Source: Dehalococcoidia bacterium
Lineage (GTDB): Bacteria; Chloroflexota; Dehalococcoidia; GIF9; AB-539-J10
Direction of reading: 5' to 3'
Length of the DNA: 61,926 nucleotides
Assembly (NCBI GenBank): GCA_003556385.1
Contig: PWRA01000096.1
Span: 1-61,926 of the forward strand
This document shows, piece after piece, positions 8,889 through 18,952 of the stretch (position 1 is the stretch's first letter; each line of letters starts with the position of its first letter). Made by a program: the position numbers and the translations under genes. The notes beneath the pieces are model-generated. The model did no database searches and was not told where the DNA came from. It was given only the letters and a program-made list of their open reading frames with translations.

Positions 8889-10388
8889 ATGAATCTGAAA
8901 CAAGTGCTGGAAAGAACCGCGAGCGCGACGCCGGAGAATACCGCTATCGTCCTCGGCTCACGGAGGGTTAGCTACCGGGAATTCGATGAGAATTCCAACA
9001 GGATAGCCAACGCGCTCATAGGGCTCGGCGTAAAGAAGGGCGATCACGTCGGTATTCTGCTGGGGCGTACTCCTGAGTGGCTCATCAATTGTTTTGGTGT
9101 CCTCAAAGCGGGAGGCGCCTCCGTGCTCCTCGATGCCAGGTCCAAGCCCCCCGAGCTCGAACCTCAACTGCGCGAATCTCACTGCACGGCCCTCATCACC
9201 GAAGAGAGATTCTCTCCTCTCGTGGCTTCGGTCCGGCCCGGCGTCCCGCTACTGAAGCACGTTCTTGAAGTCGACACCGAAGCGTACAAAGGGCTGCTGG
9301 CCGGCAGTTCGCCTTCGTCCCCGTCCGTCGAAATAGCGGATGAGGACGAAGCTATCATATTCTATACACTGGGCGTACTGGGGAAGAACAAGGGCGTGGT
9401 CCACACCCATTCGTCGTTCACATCAGCATTGGATGCCCTGGTACCCAGAATGGCGCTGGAGACAGACGACGTTGTGCTGGGATTGCTCCCGTTCAACTAC
9501 CTGCTCGGATTTGGCGTCGTTGTGCTCGGCCCCATTGCGAAGGGCGCCACCATGGTCATTCTGCCCCATTTTAGTATGAAGAACGTCCTCGAGACTGTCG
9601 AGCGGGAAAAGGCAACCATGCTCATAGGCGTCCCGGCCAGTTTCAATGGCCTGGCCATAGTCGACGACGATACCCTGAAGAGCTATGACCTCAGTTCGTT
9701 GAAGGCGGTGCTGTCGGCCGGGGCAAAGTCATCAGCTTATCTGCTGGAGACTCTTGAGAACAGGTTGGACCTGACTGCCATGGAGATATACGGTCTCACG
9801 GAGCTGATAATCGTCACCATGGGTGGGGTCCATGACCGCAGATTGGGCACCGTCGGGAGGCCCGTGGCCGAGCTCCGGGTGCTGGACAAGTACGGCCGCG
9901 AGGTACCGCGAGGGGAAGTCGGAGAGGCGGTCGCCAGGGCGCCCTTCATGATGAAGGAGTACTACGACTCGCCGGAACTAACCGCACAGGTTATCAGGGA
10001 CGGCTGGTTCCATACCGGCGACCTGGTCAGGATGGATGAAGAGGGATATGTGGAGTGGTTAGAAAAGATGTCGTCCATCATAGTGCCCTCGGGCGGAGTT
10101 AAGATACTGCCTGAGGTAGTCGAGGAGGTCCTTCTGTCCCATCCCGCGGTCGCCGCAACGGCCTATGTCGGCGTCATCGATGAGTACAGAGGACAGATAC
10201 CGACCGCCTTTATAGTGCTTAAGGAAGGTCAGACGGCCACGGTGGACGAAATACGCGATTTCTGCCGGCAGAGCGTGACTGACTACAAGGTACCCAAGCA
10301 GATCAGGTTCGTGGACAGCCTCCCCCGGACCGGTTCAGGCGCGATAGACCGCAAGCTGCTCAGCGCGACCAGGGAAACCTCTCAATAG
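8889..10388 (+). CDS. AMP-dependent synthetase/ligase (acyl-CoA synthetase family)
   Basis: Adenylate-forming core motifs: FYTLGVLGKNKGVVHTH (degenerate A3), EIYGLTE, GWFHTGD, C-terminal GAIDRKLL. GGGAGG RBS. Confidence 0.85.
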   Translation: MNLKQVLERTASATPENTAIVLGSRRVSYREFDENSNRIANALIGLGVKKGDHVGILLGRTPEWLINCFGVLKAGGASVLLDARSKPPELEPQLRESHCTALITEERFSPLVASVRPGVPLLKHVLEVDTEAYKGLLAGSSPSSPSVEIADEDEAIIFYTLGVLGKNKGVVHTHSSFTSALDALVPRMALETDDVVLGLLPFNYLLGFGVVVLGPIAKGATMVILPHFSMKNVLETVEREKATMLIGVPASFNGLAIVDDDTLKSYDLSSLKAVLSAGAKSSAYLLETLENRLDLTAMEIYGLTELIIVTMGGVHDRRLGTVGRPVAELRVLDKYGREVPRGEVGEAVARAPFMMKEYYDSPELTAQVIRDGWFHTGDLVRMDEEGYVEWLEKMSSIIVPSGGVKILPEVVEEVLLSHPAVAATAYVGVIDEYRGQIPTAFIVLKEGQTATVDEIRDFCRQSVTDYKVPKQIRFVDSLPRTGSGAIDRKLLSATRETSQ

Positions 10389-10516
10389 GAAGACCGACGA
10401 TCCCGGCAGGGATGGGTTGTGCCGCCCGTCACCGTGCCCGGGGATACATCGCCTGCCTGGTGGTAGGGCCTGTCGCCACTGCGATCAGTGGACTCCGGCC
10501 GGCCGCCGGAAGTATC

Positions 10517-12013
10517 TCAGCCTTCGCCCGGTAGGTGTTCCATGCCGTGTTTCCTGGCTTCCCTGCGCATCAGCCTGAGCAGCTCGTTATCTATCTCAGG
10601 GCTCAGAGGTGGAGGAGCGTGACTGCGCAGTATCCTGTCTGCTTCTCTGTGTGCCCTCTGTGCAGCGTCGGCGCCTCCCTCGTCGGCCCGGGTATTCAGG
10701 CTATCTCTGTCTATGACGCTTCCCGGGTAGAAGAACTCCTTCCTGAACCACCTCATGGTGGTCTGAGAGGTGAGGAAGCCGCTGCCGGTGTGGATGCCGC
10801 TCCGAAGCAGGTCTTCTGCGAGAGGCCTGCTGCGGTGATCGATCCCCGCGATCAGTCTCCTTACCATGCCGCAGGTCTCGTTGTCGATAACGAGCTTTTC
10901 CAGGCTCTGGCAGCTTTCGAAGGCGAGCATGCCCGGCCCGGACACCAGGTTCGTTCCACACAGGCCCGCCAGCGTTGCCCCGATGCCGGTTTCGAGTCCG
11001 GCCTGGGCATCGGGCTGCTTGGCATCGCTGAGCGCCATATACGCTTGGGTAGGAAGGCCCAGGTACCTGCCGATCTGGCTGCAGGCGCCGCACATCATCA
11101 TGGCCTCAACTGCGCCCGTAGCTGTGGTGCCTGTGCGCATGTCAAGAACTGCCGGCGAGCCGCCATAGACCACCGGTGCGCCGGGTTGGGCCAGTTGACC
11201 GATCACTATGCCGCTCAGAGTCTCCGCGGTGTGTTGTACCAGGGAACCGGCCAGGGTGATGGGAGCCGAAGCGCCCGCGAGCGGCGCCGGGATGATCTCC
11301 ACCGGTATGTGTGCCCGGGCGCAGTGGATGATGTCATGGCACGCCAGGTTGCTCCACTTGAGCGGGGGAGAGGGGCAGATCGAGAAGAGGGCCATCGGTT
11401 TTTCCTTCAGAGCCCGGGCACTGCCGCGAACGGCCGCGAGCATTTCCTGCATGACGCCCAGGCCTTCCGGGTCGAAGGTCCCGGTGACCACTGGCTTTGT
11501 GGAGTTTCGAAGTACCAGAAAGAGACGGTAGCGGTCGGCAACGGCGGCAGGGACATCGGCGGGGATCATGGCAGTGCTCTGGGCATCCATATGGGTGAGT
11601 GCATCTGCTACCACCGCCAAGTCGATGAGGTCCTGTGTCTCCGGTCGCCGGATGGTCCTCAGTTTGTAGTCGAATGTGTAGGGGGCCGAGGAACCGGGGT
11701 CGAAGTACACCCGGTCGGTTTGAGGGCCCAGGGTGATGACCGACTCGTCGCCACCGTCGCGGTCGTAGAGCTTGACCGAAGAAGGAGCCGTGTTGAGGCC
11801 TTCCTCTACCAGGCTGCGGGTGATAGAGATAACGGCTCCCCTTTCGTCTCGCCGCAGAACCTTCATCCCGGCGTCTTCGAGTAGCTGTGTGACCTCCTTG
11901 TTCTCTACGAAAACGCCCGATCTTTCCAGTACCTCCAGGGACTCATCGATTATCTGCTCCATGAGGCTGTGCTCCAGGAGTTCCAGACAAGGAGTTCGTC
12001 TGTTCTGTGACAT
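10517..12013 (-). CDS. MttB-superfamily methyltransferase, non-pyrrolysine type (quaternary-amine:corrinoid methyltransferase-like)
   Basis: Full-length 498-aa ORF with an MttB-like N-terminus (IIDESLEVLERSGVFVENKEV) and no internal UAG. Start lies 1 nt after the upstream amidohydrolase stop, with an AAGGAG RBS. Confidence 0.75.
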   Translation of the reverse strand: MSQNRRTPCLELLEHSLMEQIIDESLEVLERSGVFVENKEVTQLLEDAGMKVLRRDERGAVISITRSLVEEGLNTAPSSVKLYDRDGGDESVITLGPQTDRVYFDPGSSAPYTFDYKLRTIRRPETQDLIDLAVVADALTHMDAQSTAMIPADVPAAVADRYRLFLVLRNSTKPVVTGTFDPEGLGVMQEMLAAVRGSARALKEKPMALFSICPSPPLKWSNLACHDIIHCARAHIPVEIIPAPLAGASAPITLAGSLVQHTAETLSGIVIGQLAQPGAPVVYGGSPAVLDMRTGTTATGAVEAMMMCGACSQIGRYLGLPTQAYMALSDAKQPDAQAGLETGIGATLAGLCGTNLVSGPGMLAFESCQSLEKLVIDNETCGMVRRLIAGIDHRSRPLAEDLLRSGIHTGSGFLTSQTTMRWFRKEFFYPGSVIDRDSLNTRADEGGADAAQRAHREADRILRSHAPPPLSPEIDNELLRLMRREARKHGMEHLPGEG

Positions 12014-12014
12014 C

Positions 12015-13655
12015 TCAACTCCTTTGGCTACGAACGTACAGGTTCTCGCCCCCGAGCACCGTTCTCAGGGCCTCTAGGTCCTTGATCTCCTCAGCCGGGC
12101 AGAGCATATAGTCTCTATCTATGACCACGAAGTCCGCCAGTTTGCCAGCTTCAATGGAGCCTCTTGTGTGTTCCTCGAACTGGGCATAGGCAGCCCATAT
12201 CGTGTAAGACCTGAGCGCTTCTTCTCTGGTCAGGCACTCCTCCGGATACCAGCCTCCCGGGGGTTGTCCGTCACGGTCCACCCTGGTCACTGCCGCATAC
12301 AGGTTATGATACGGGTTGACCAGTTCCACAGGTGAATCTGTGCCGTTCGCAACTATGCAACCCGATTCCAGGAATTTGCGGAAGGCGTTCACCCCCTTCA
12401 GGCGCTGTGATCCATGTCCCAGGCGGGTCTCCGCCATCTTCCAGTCGGAGGTTGCGAACACGGTTTGCATGGAGGGCAATACCCCCAGCCGGGCAAACCG
12501 TGGAATGTCCTCCAGAGCCACGACCTCCGCGTGTTCGATGCAATACCTGTGGTCGGTGGCGGGCTCTTCTGTGAGGACCCTTTCGTAGGCGTTGAGCGCC
12601 TGTCTGACTGCGGCATCGCCCAGGGCGTGCGTGTTCACCTGGAAGCCTGCCCTGCGTGCCTCCTTGACCAGACCGTATAGGTCCTCATCCGTGTACCGTG
12701 GGTTTCCGAAATGGCCCGGCCGGTCACTGTACTCCTCCAGCAGCCAGGCACTCCCGCCTCCCAGCGAACCATCCGCCATCAACTTGACGGAACGTATTGT
12801 ATAGCGATTATCGTAGAGGCCCTCCCGCTCACCCGCGGGCAGTCCGTAGAAAAGCTCCGCCGCTGTTTCTGGTGAGCACATCTGGTATATTCTCATCTTT
12901 AACTCACCGGAGCTGTAGAGAGACTTCACCTCGTTCACCATCGCCGGGTCGTAGCGGTAAGCGGCGTCGCGGACGCCGGTAATGCCGTAGGAAAGCAGGT
13001 GCTCCTGAGCCAGCTTGAGAGCAACTGTCTTCTCGCTCTCAGTGGGTTCCGGAACGTGTCTCGTGACATAGTCTATTGCTGTATCTACGAGTACGCCGGT
13101 GGGACTACCATCATGGTCCCTGATTATCTCGCCTCCCGGCGGATCCGGTGTGTCGGCCGTAATCCCCGCCAGTTCCAGCGCCCTGGAGTTAACCCATGTA
13201 ACATGACCGCACACACGCGCGAGGACCACCGGGACGTCGGGCGCGATCGCATCCAATTCCTCTTTGGTTGGCAGCACAGGCGGGTCCCACTCCAGCTGGC
13301 TCCAACCCCATCCCTGTATCCATCCTCCGCGCTCGCTCCTGTTATACGCCTCGGCCACATCGTCCAGAATGCCCTGTTTCGGCTTCAGGAAGGCGTCCAG
13401 CCGCATAAGCGATAGGCCTATGGCCTGGAAATGCAGATGGGAGTCGATTAAGCCGGGTAACACCGTCTGCCCTTGGAGGTCGATTGTCACCGTCTGTTCA
13501 CCCGCGAACGCTCGCGCGCCCTCGTCGGAGCCTGCGAAGATGAATCTACCGTCCCGTACGGCCAGAGCGGAAGCTACAGAGAAAGCGGGATCCACCGTGT
13601 AGATTCTGCCGTTACAATACACCGACTCGGCAGTGCCGTCCTTCCGATGTTTCAT
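12015..13655 (-). CDS. Amidohydrolase family (amidohydrolase_3 / YtcJ-like metal-dependent hydrolase)
   Basis: N-terminal PGLIDSHLHF metal-binding HxH. C-terminal GTDSP and later His/Asp ligands. Start set at MKHRKDG (ATG 13655), preceded by GGAGGTG. The ORF maximum extends to 13754. Confidence 0.8.
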   Translation of the reverse strand: MKHRKDGTAESVYCNGRIYTVDPAFSVASALAVRDGRFIFAGSDEGARAFAGEQTVTIDLQGQTVLPGLIDSHLHFQAIGLSLMRLDAFLKPKQGILDDVAEAYNRSERGGWIQGWGWSQLEWDPPVLPTKEELDAIAPDVPVVLARVCGHVTWVNSRALELAGITADTPDPPGGEIIRDHDGSPTGVLVDTAIDYVTRHVPEPTESEKTVALKLAQEHLLSYGITGVRDAAYRYDPAMVNEVKSLYSSGELKMRIYQMCSPETAAELFYGLPAGEREGLYDNRYTIRSVKLMADGSLGGGSAWLLEEYSDRPGHFGNPRYTDEDLYGLVKEARRAGFQVNTHALGDAAVRQALNAYERVLTEEPATDHRYCIEHAEVVALEDIPRFARLGVLPSMQTVFATSDWKMAETRLGHGSQRLKGVNAFRKFLESGCIVANGTDSPVELVNPYHNLYAAVTRVDRDGQPPGGWYPEECLTREEALRSYTIWAAYAQFEEHTRGSIEAGKLADFVVIDRDYMLCPAEEIKDLEALRTVLGGENLYVRSQRS

Positions 13656-13786
13656 ACCGTTTGACACCTCCGATCGGCGCTCCGGGTGCCTATCCCCCGG
13701 ACATCGAGCACGGAATGCCGGGTCTACCGGTCTTCCGTCGTCACACCGGGGCATCGCCGTCCTCTCCGTTACGGCTAATGGTGCAG

Positions 13787-14926
13787 TCAGCTGAGGACTT
13801 CCCGGGAGCTGTCCAGACCGACATTCCTTCTTTCCAGATAGTCCACGATGTAGGCGAAGTTGCTCTCGTCCATGCCGATCAGCTCGGGAGGCACTATGCC
13901 GGCATCCGTGACCCTGCCCTCCAGCACGAGATTGGCAACCGCGGTGCAGGTATAACCGGTGGTGCGGGCCATGGACGACAGCCCGGTGACGCTGTCAAAC
14001 CGGTCAAGCAGATCGTATGTATACCTCACTGCTCTCTCGTCTTCGCTGCCCTCGATGACGATTCTCATCAATGTGTACTCCTCCTCACCCTCACTCAGGT
14101 CCCAGTGGCGAAACAGCAGTCGCGAGGTCACCTTGATCGGTGCTATGCTCTTTCCGTTCACGTCCATCGGCTCGCTACTGAAGAACCCGGTCTCCCGCAA
14201 CACCCTGATGTACTCGCTATGCCCGGGATAGCGCAGGGTCTTCTCCTTCATATTCGGTACGCGCACTGTTTGCAGCAGTGTAGTCAAACCGTCGGTATTG
14301 AACGCCTCCAGCGTCCCTATGTCGTCGAACTCAAGATACTCGAGGTCGGAAAGCGCCGGCTTAACAACTACCTGACCGTGTTCCACAATTCGCGCCGGAC
14401 GCGTATACTCCTCGATGACGTCCACGGGAGAAAAAGGTGCTTTGTACTGGTATGGCCACCTGCGGACCCTGGGCAGGCCTCCCACGTAGCAGGCGAAACT
14501 GTCGACCTGCATCTGCCGGTAGCGGCTTCCCAGTATGATGTTGCTGAGCCCGGGCGCGACCCCGCAGTGGACCACAGCCGGCACACCACTTTCCCTGGCG
14601 AGCCCGCCAAGCTCGAACGGGTCTTCAGCAAAGAACGAAATGTCGACAACTGCCCTGCCGAGCTGGATTATGCTTTTCAGGACGCCGAACCCGATATGAC
14701 CCGGCAGGGCGTTGATAACGAGGTCGGCGTCTCCAACCAGTTTGGCGAGGGCTGCGGGCTTCGTAGCGTCTTCGTTGATCAGCTTGACCGGGGCGCCTTT
14801 AAGCTGTTCAGCGGCACTGCGATCCATGTCGACCACAGTAACCTCATGCTGCCCGGAAAGGTCCAACGCGATGGCCTTGCCGACCCTACCGAAACCGAGG
14901 ACAACTGTTCTTCTGGCGGTTCTCAT
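13787..14926 (-). CDS. Saccharopine dehydrogenase-like NAD(P)-binding oxidoreductase
   Basis: N-terminal Rossmann motif VVLGFGRVGKAIA. Length and C-terminal domain are typical of the saccharopine/homospermidine/carboxynorspermidine dehydrogenase family. Confidence 0.75.
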   Translation of the reverse strand: MRTARRTVVLGFGRVGKAIALDLSGQHEVTVVDMDRSAAEQLKGAPVKLINEDATKPAALAKLVGDADLVINALPGHIGFGVLKSIIQLGRAVVDISFFAEDPFELGGLARESGVPAVVHCGVAPGLSNIILGSRYRQMQVDSFACYVGGLPRVRRWPYQYKAPFSPVDVIEEYTRPARIVEHGQVVVKPALSDLEYLEFDDIGTLEAFNTDGLTTLLQTVRVPNMKEKTLRYPGHSEYIRVLRETGFFSSEPMDVNGKSIAPIKVTSRLLFRHWDLSEGEEEYTLMRIVIEGSEDERAVRYTYDLLDRFDSVTGLSSMARTTGYTCTAVANLVLEGRVTDAGIVPPELIGMDESNFAYIVDYLERRNVGLDSSREVLS

Positions 14927-15064
14927 ATCGTCAGCAGTCCGGCTCTTCCAGAGTCTTCAGTCGGCCGGGCCTCACGAAAACACCCGGCCCGATAGGCCGG
15001 TATTATATTATGCCCGGCGCCCCTGCGCCAGTCTCCTCAACCCGGCGCCTCCAGTGTGTCACGG

Positions 15065-15108
15065 TTTACATTAGTCAAGGAAAGTTGTATTATATACTTT
15101 AACTTGAC
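15065..15108 (+). promoter_or_regulatory. Putative promoter and imperfect inverted-repeat operator of the MarR-ABC operon
   Basis: TTTACA (15065-15070), 17 nt spacer, TATTAT (15088-15093). The imperfect inverted repeat GTCAAG..AAAGT / ACTTT..CTTGAC (15074-15085 and 15096-15108) brackets the -10. Confidence 0.5.
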
Positions 15109-15131
15109 ATGTTGTTGTCGAAGGCTGGCAC

Positions 15132-15596
15132 GTGGACAGAAACAGTAGTATCACTAGCATAACGGGGCTGATGAACAGCCTGATGCTTTCCGCCAAAGGC
15201 CGGGAGCCCTACCCGTGGCTTCAGCTTAAGCTGACCAGGGAGCAGTTGCGCGTCATGTTCCTGCTCTCGTTCAAGGGAACGAGTTCGCCGGGCGAGGTCG
15301 CAGCGGCCTTCGGGGTACCCAGGGCTAATGTTACCAGCACCATCAACCGGCTGGTAGAAAAGGGGCTGGTGAGCCGTCGGGAAAACCCGGTCGACCGGCG
15401 CAGCTACATACTGTCCCTGACCGACGCAGGCCACGAACAGGTAGAGCAGCTGCGGGCGATGGGCGCCGCCAGAATCAAGGAAGTGCTGGAGAGGATGCCA
15501 GACGGGGCCCTGGTTTCTTTGCAGACCGGCCTGCAGGCGCTCGTAGAGGCTCTCAAAGACGGAGGAGAAGTCGATGGATGCAATCGAAGCCAGTAA
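15132..15596 (+). CDS. MarR family transcriptional regulator
   Basis: wHTH LTREQLRVMFLL...GEVAAAFGVPRANVTSTINRLVEKGLV...DRRSYILSLTDAGH. GTG start. Overlaps the downstream ABC ATPase gene. Confidence 0.88.
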   Translation: MDRNSSITSITGLMNSLMLSAKGREPYPWLQLKLTREQLRVMFLLSFKGTSSPGEVAAAFGVPRANVTSTINRLVEKGLVSRRENPVDRRSYILSLTDAGHEQVEQLRAMGAARIKEVLERMPDGALVSLQTGLQALVEALKDGGEVDGCNRSQ

Positions 15597-16551
15597 CCTG
15601 GTGAAGAAGTTCGGTGAACTCGAGGCGGTGAGGGGAGTTTCCTTCACCGTATGGGAGGGAGAGATATTCGGCTTTCTCGGACCCAACGGGGCCGGTAAGA
15701 CAACGGCCATAAACATGCTGTGCACCCTGTTGCGGCCTACGGCCGGCGAGGCGAAGGTCAACGGCTATGACGTAGTCAAGGAATGCAACAAGGTGCGGCA
15801 GTCTATCGGACTGATCTTCCAGGAACCGACGCTGGACGATTACCTGACGGCGGAGCAGAACCTTCGTTTCCACGGCTACGCTTATGGCGTCCCGAAGAAC
15901 ACCCTGGAGCCGCGCTTAAGAGAACTGATGGAGATGGTGGAGCTGTGGGACAGACGCAAAGCGAAGATAAGGACATACTCCGGCGGTATGAAGCGCCGGC
16001 TGGAGATAGCCCGCGGCCTCCTGCATCGCCCGAAGGTGCTCTTCCTGGACGAGCCTACCCTGGGTCTGGATCCCCAGACGCGCCGCCGCATCTGGGACTA
16101 TATTCACGACCTGCGGCAGAGAGAGAATCTAACCATCTTCATGACCACCCACTATATGGACGAGGCCGAAAACTGCGACCGTGTCGCCATCATAGACTAC
16201 GGCCAGATCGTGGTGATGGATACTGTGGCAAGACTGAAAGATGGCGTGGGTGGCGACGTCATCTCGGTAAAGACGGATGACAATGAGGAGGCGGCCCGCC
16301 TGCTGCAGAAGCAGTATGAGCTCGATTCGAGCATCGGAAACGGTGTCATCAGTTTTACGGTGCCCCACGGCGAGGAGTTCCTGCCCGGCTTCGTTTCCCG
16401 CTTCCCGGTGCGGTTGCTTTCCGTCAGCCTGACGCGGCCCACCCTGGAGGATGTCTTCTTGAAGTTCACCGGACGCAGTATCAGGGAGCAGCAGGCGGAC
16501 CCGATGCATGAGATGAAACAAATGGTCAGAATGAGCTCACGCCGTAGATAA
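15574..16551 (+). CDS. ABC transporter ATP-binding protein (ABC-2/DrrA-like exporter)
   Basis: Walker [10 protein letters not shown], signature [12 protein letters not shown], Walker [10 protein letters not shown]-loop TTHYM. Confidence 0.92.
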   Translation: MDAIEASNLVKKFGELEAVRGVSFTVWEGEIFGFLGPNGAGKTTAINMLCTLLRPTAGEAKVNGYDVVKECNKVRQSIGLIFQEPTLDDYLTAEQNLRFHGYAYGVPKNTLEPRLRELMEMVELWDRRKAKIRTYSGGMKRRLEIARGLLHRPKVLFLDEPTLGLDPQTRRRIWDYIHDLRQRENLTIFMTTHYMDEAENCDRVAIIDYGQIVVMDTVARLKDGVGGDVISVKTDDNEEAARLLQKQYELDSSIGNGVISFTVPHGEEFLPGFVSRFPVRLLSVSLTRPTLEDVFLKFTGRSIREQQADPMHEMKQMVRMSSRRR

Positions 16552-17333
16552 TGAGCAACTTCTTTCGTTCGGTCCGGGTGATAGCCCACCGTGAGTTTCT
16601 GCGTTTTATCCACGACAGGCCGCGGATGATTTCCTCTTTCTCGATGCCGCTTGTGTTCCTGGTGATCTTCGGCGCAGGCTTCGGCAGGCTCATCGGGCAG
16701 ATGATGCCCGGCGTCGACTATATCCAGTTCATGTACCCCGGAATCCTGGCCATGCCCATACTCATGACATCGGTCATGTCCGGGGTGTCCATTGTGTGGG
16801 ACAGGGAGTTCGGTTTCCTCAAAGAGGTATTGGTCTCTCCTCTGAACCGCAGCGGTGTACTGGCCGGCAAGGCTGCCGGTGCCGGCATCATCGCCCTGAT
16901 GCAGGGGGCCATAATGCTGGCACTGGCGCCGATTCTCAATGTCCCCATCGGGTTCCGGACGGTGCTGGCACTCATACCGCTTCTCCTGATACTCTCCTTC
17001 TCCCTTTCCGCGCTGGGGTTGCTCATCGGCGCCCGCATGCGCTCGCAGCAGGGATTTCAGCTGCTGATGCAGCTGGTCATCTTCCCCATGTTGTTTCTCT
17101 CCGGCATCTTCTTCCCCGTCGCTCAGGTGGCCAGATGGCTGGAGGTGCTCTCCAAACTGAACCCGGTGACCTACGGAATAGATGCCGTACGCCAGACCTT
17201 CCTGGGTGCCGAGGTGGCCGGGGTTACCATATTCGGCCACACCATGGGAGCTCCGGAGTCGGCCGCCGTGGTGGCCGTGGTTGGGGTGGTGTTTTTGACC
17301 GGCGCTATCTGGTCCTTCAACAGGCAGGAGTGA
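16551..17333 (+). CDS. ABC-2 type transporter permease
   Basis: Six predicted TM helices. Start codon overlaps the ATPase stop. Typical ABC-2 N-terminus (AHREFLRFIHDRPRMI). Confidence 0.85.
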   Translation: MSNFFRSVRVIAHREFLRFIHDRPRMISSFSMPLVFLVIFGAGFGRLIGQMMPGVDYIQFMYPGILAMPILMTSVMSGVSIVWDREFGFLKEVLVSPLNRSGVLAGKAAGAGIIALMQGAIMLALAPILNVPIGFRTVLALIPLLLILSFSLSALGLLIGARMRSQQGFQLLMQLVIFPMLFLSGIFFPVAQVARWLEVLSKLNPVTYGIDAVRQTFLGAEVAGVTIFGHTMGAPESAAVVAVVGVVFLTGAIWSFNRQE

Positions 17334-17470
17334 GCGGGAACGCGGCCGCCGGTTCTGGATTACCGGGCACGAGTTGCGATAGCTTCGTGACGGCGGCACA
17401 GGCCATTGTATTGCCTTCCCATCTGTGATAACCTTGGTTAATAATCCATCGTCTGAGCCGGAAGCGGAAT

Positions 17471-18205
17471 ATGGCCGACCGTCTCATTTCTTCGCAAGCA
17501 GCAGGGAGGCGTTCCAGCCTCCTCGCTAGACGCGTGCTTGTAAACGTCCCTTCGAAGCTGTTCAAGGCAATACCTCGCTCCTGGTATGAGGGATTGGTCA
17601 AGGGAGTGGAGAGCCAGGGCAGCAGGCGCGGACCCCTGGGCAGCCTGATCTACCGCACGTTCTTCCGGAGAATAACCAAGAAGGAGGTGCCGCTCTGTGG
17701 CCTCAAACCCGGAGACCGGGTCATCCAGATCGGCGTCGGCTCGCTTCCACAGACCGTCCTCTACCTGGCTGAACTGGGAGCCAGTGTGGAAGCGCTGGAT
17801 AACGATCCGGAGGCGGTGGCGAACGCCACCCGTATGTTAGACAGGTTCAGTGTTGATGGCCGGGTGTCGGTCAGGCAGGCCGACGGCCTGAAGACGGACT
17901 GTAACGCCGCCGATGCCGTGTGGATCTCCTTCGTTGTTCATCCCAAGGAGGAGGTACTGAAGAGGGCGTTTGCTTCGTTGAAAGAAGGGGGGAGGCTGGT
18001 TTACCGCAATCCTGTCGGTCTGCTTGCCTACATAATACCCGAACCGCGAATAGAACCCGATATTATCGCGCCCCTCTTCCCTGCTAAGAGGATCAGGTAC
18101 TTCCCGGGAATGGAGACGGTGGTAATCACAAAGGCCCATGATGCGGCCATCCCTGCCGGAGCCGCGGCCCCGCCTGGCCCGTTGGCCGGTGCTTCCGACA
18201 GATGA
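17471..18205 (+). CDS. Putative class I SAM-dependent methyltransferase
   Basis: Motif-I-like VIQIGVGSLP followed by the acidic ALDND and later GGRLVY, consistent with a Rossmann-fold MTase. The subfamily was not recognised. Confidence 0.5.
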   Translation: MADRLISSQAAGRRSSLLARRVLVNVPSKLFKAIPRSWYEGLVKGVESQGSRRGPLGSLIYRTFFRRITKKEVPLCGLKPGDRVIQIGVGSLPQTVLYLAELGASVEALDNDPEAVANATRMLDRFSVDGRVSVRQADGLKTDCNAADAVWISFVVHPKEEVLKRAFASLKEGGRLVYRNPVGLLAYIIPEPRIEPDIIAPLFPAKRIRYFPGMETVVITKAHDAAIPAGAAAPPGPLAGASDR

Positions 18206-18346
18206 ACGGTTAGTCTACATAGGGAGTCACTCGGCCCGTATCCGCCGGCGAATAGCGTGTCCTGCTAACCCCGGGGTTGCGCGTTGTCCGGCGGTGCCCG
18301 GCGCGTCTCCCGGTGAAGCCCGTTCAGGCCCGGACGAGAGCATCGC

Positions 18347-18952
18347 TCAGGCCCCGGTGCGCTTGTCGGTTGCCTGGATACTCTGCGATATCGCGCGTCG
18401 GCGCCTCCAGTAGTTAAACCCGGAGATACCCGGCAGGAGAAGACTGTAGATGACCAGGGGTACCGGCTCTCCCATCAGCAGAGCCACCAGCCACAGAGGC
18501 CCAAACATGACCAGGCCCGCTACCGTGATCTTGTGCAGAAGGTAGAACGCGCCGCTGGCAACCGCCGTAATGAGCATGGCCCAGGGTATCAGGGCGAAGA
18601 ACACCCCCACCGTCGTTGCCTGGCCGCCGCCACCCCGGAAACCGATGTAGACCGGCCAGCAATGACCGGCCACCGCTGCCACGCCGCATAGTAGAACTGC
18701 CGGGTCTGTAGGCTCGAGACCCAGACTCCGCGCAAGCCAGATCGCCAGGTACCCCTTACCTATGTCGGCCGCGGCGACAGCCGCCGCAGCGGGGCGACCC
18801 AGGTGCCGGTCAACATTGAGTGTACCTGTGTGGCCGTCCCCGCAGTCCCTGATGTCTATCCCTCTGAGCGCTCGACCGGCGATGTACGCGGATGGAATGG
18901 CGCCCAGTAGATAGCCAACCGGGACCACCAGAATGCGAAGGGCGATCTCCAT
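18347..18952 (-). CDS. plsY: PlsY-family glycerol-3-phosphate acyltransferase (divergent)
   Basis: About 200-aa multi-TM protein. N-terminus GYLLGAIPSAYIAGR, GGGGQATTVG motif. The usual GSGN.GATN motif is replaced by GDGHTGTLN. Confidence 0.7.
   Translation of the reverse strand: MEIALRILVVPVGYLLGAIPSAYIAGRALRGIDIRDCGDGHTGTLNVDRHLGRPAAAAVAAADIGKGYLAIWLARSLGLEPTDPAVLLCGVAAVAGHCWPVYIGFRGGGGQATTVGVFFALIPWAMLITAVASGAFYLLHKITVAGLVMFGPLWLVALLMGEPVPLVIYSLLLPGISGFNYWRRRRAISQSIQATDKRTGA

Noticed and set aside
10535-11884. Very long antisense or alternative-frame ORFs opposite well-supported genes. Examples: 10535-11884 (+), 13661-14995 (+), 16197-17399 (-), 19291-20394 (+), 29975-31060 (-), 37524-38810 (-), 47944-48921 (+), 49381-50616 (+).
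   Set aside because: Their translations are Arg/Pro/Gly/His-rich with no motifs or RBS. Each lies opposite a gene with clear family signatures. Long stop-free antisense frames are expected in high-GC DNA. The 37524-38810 ORF is in lower-GC DNA but also has no recognisable features.
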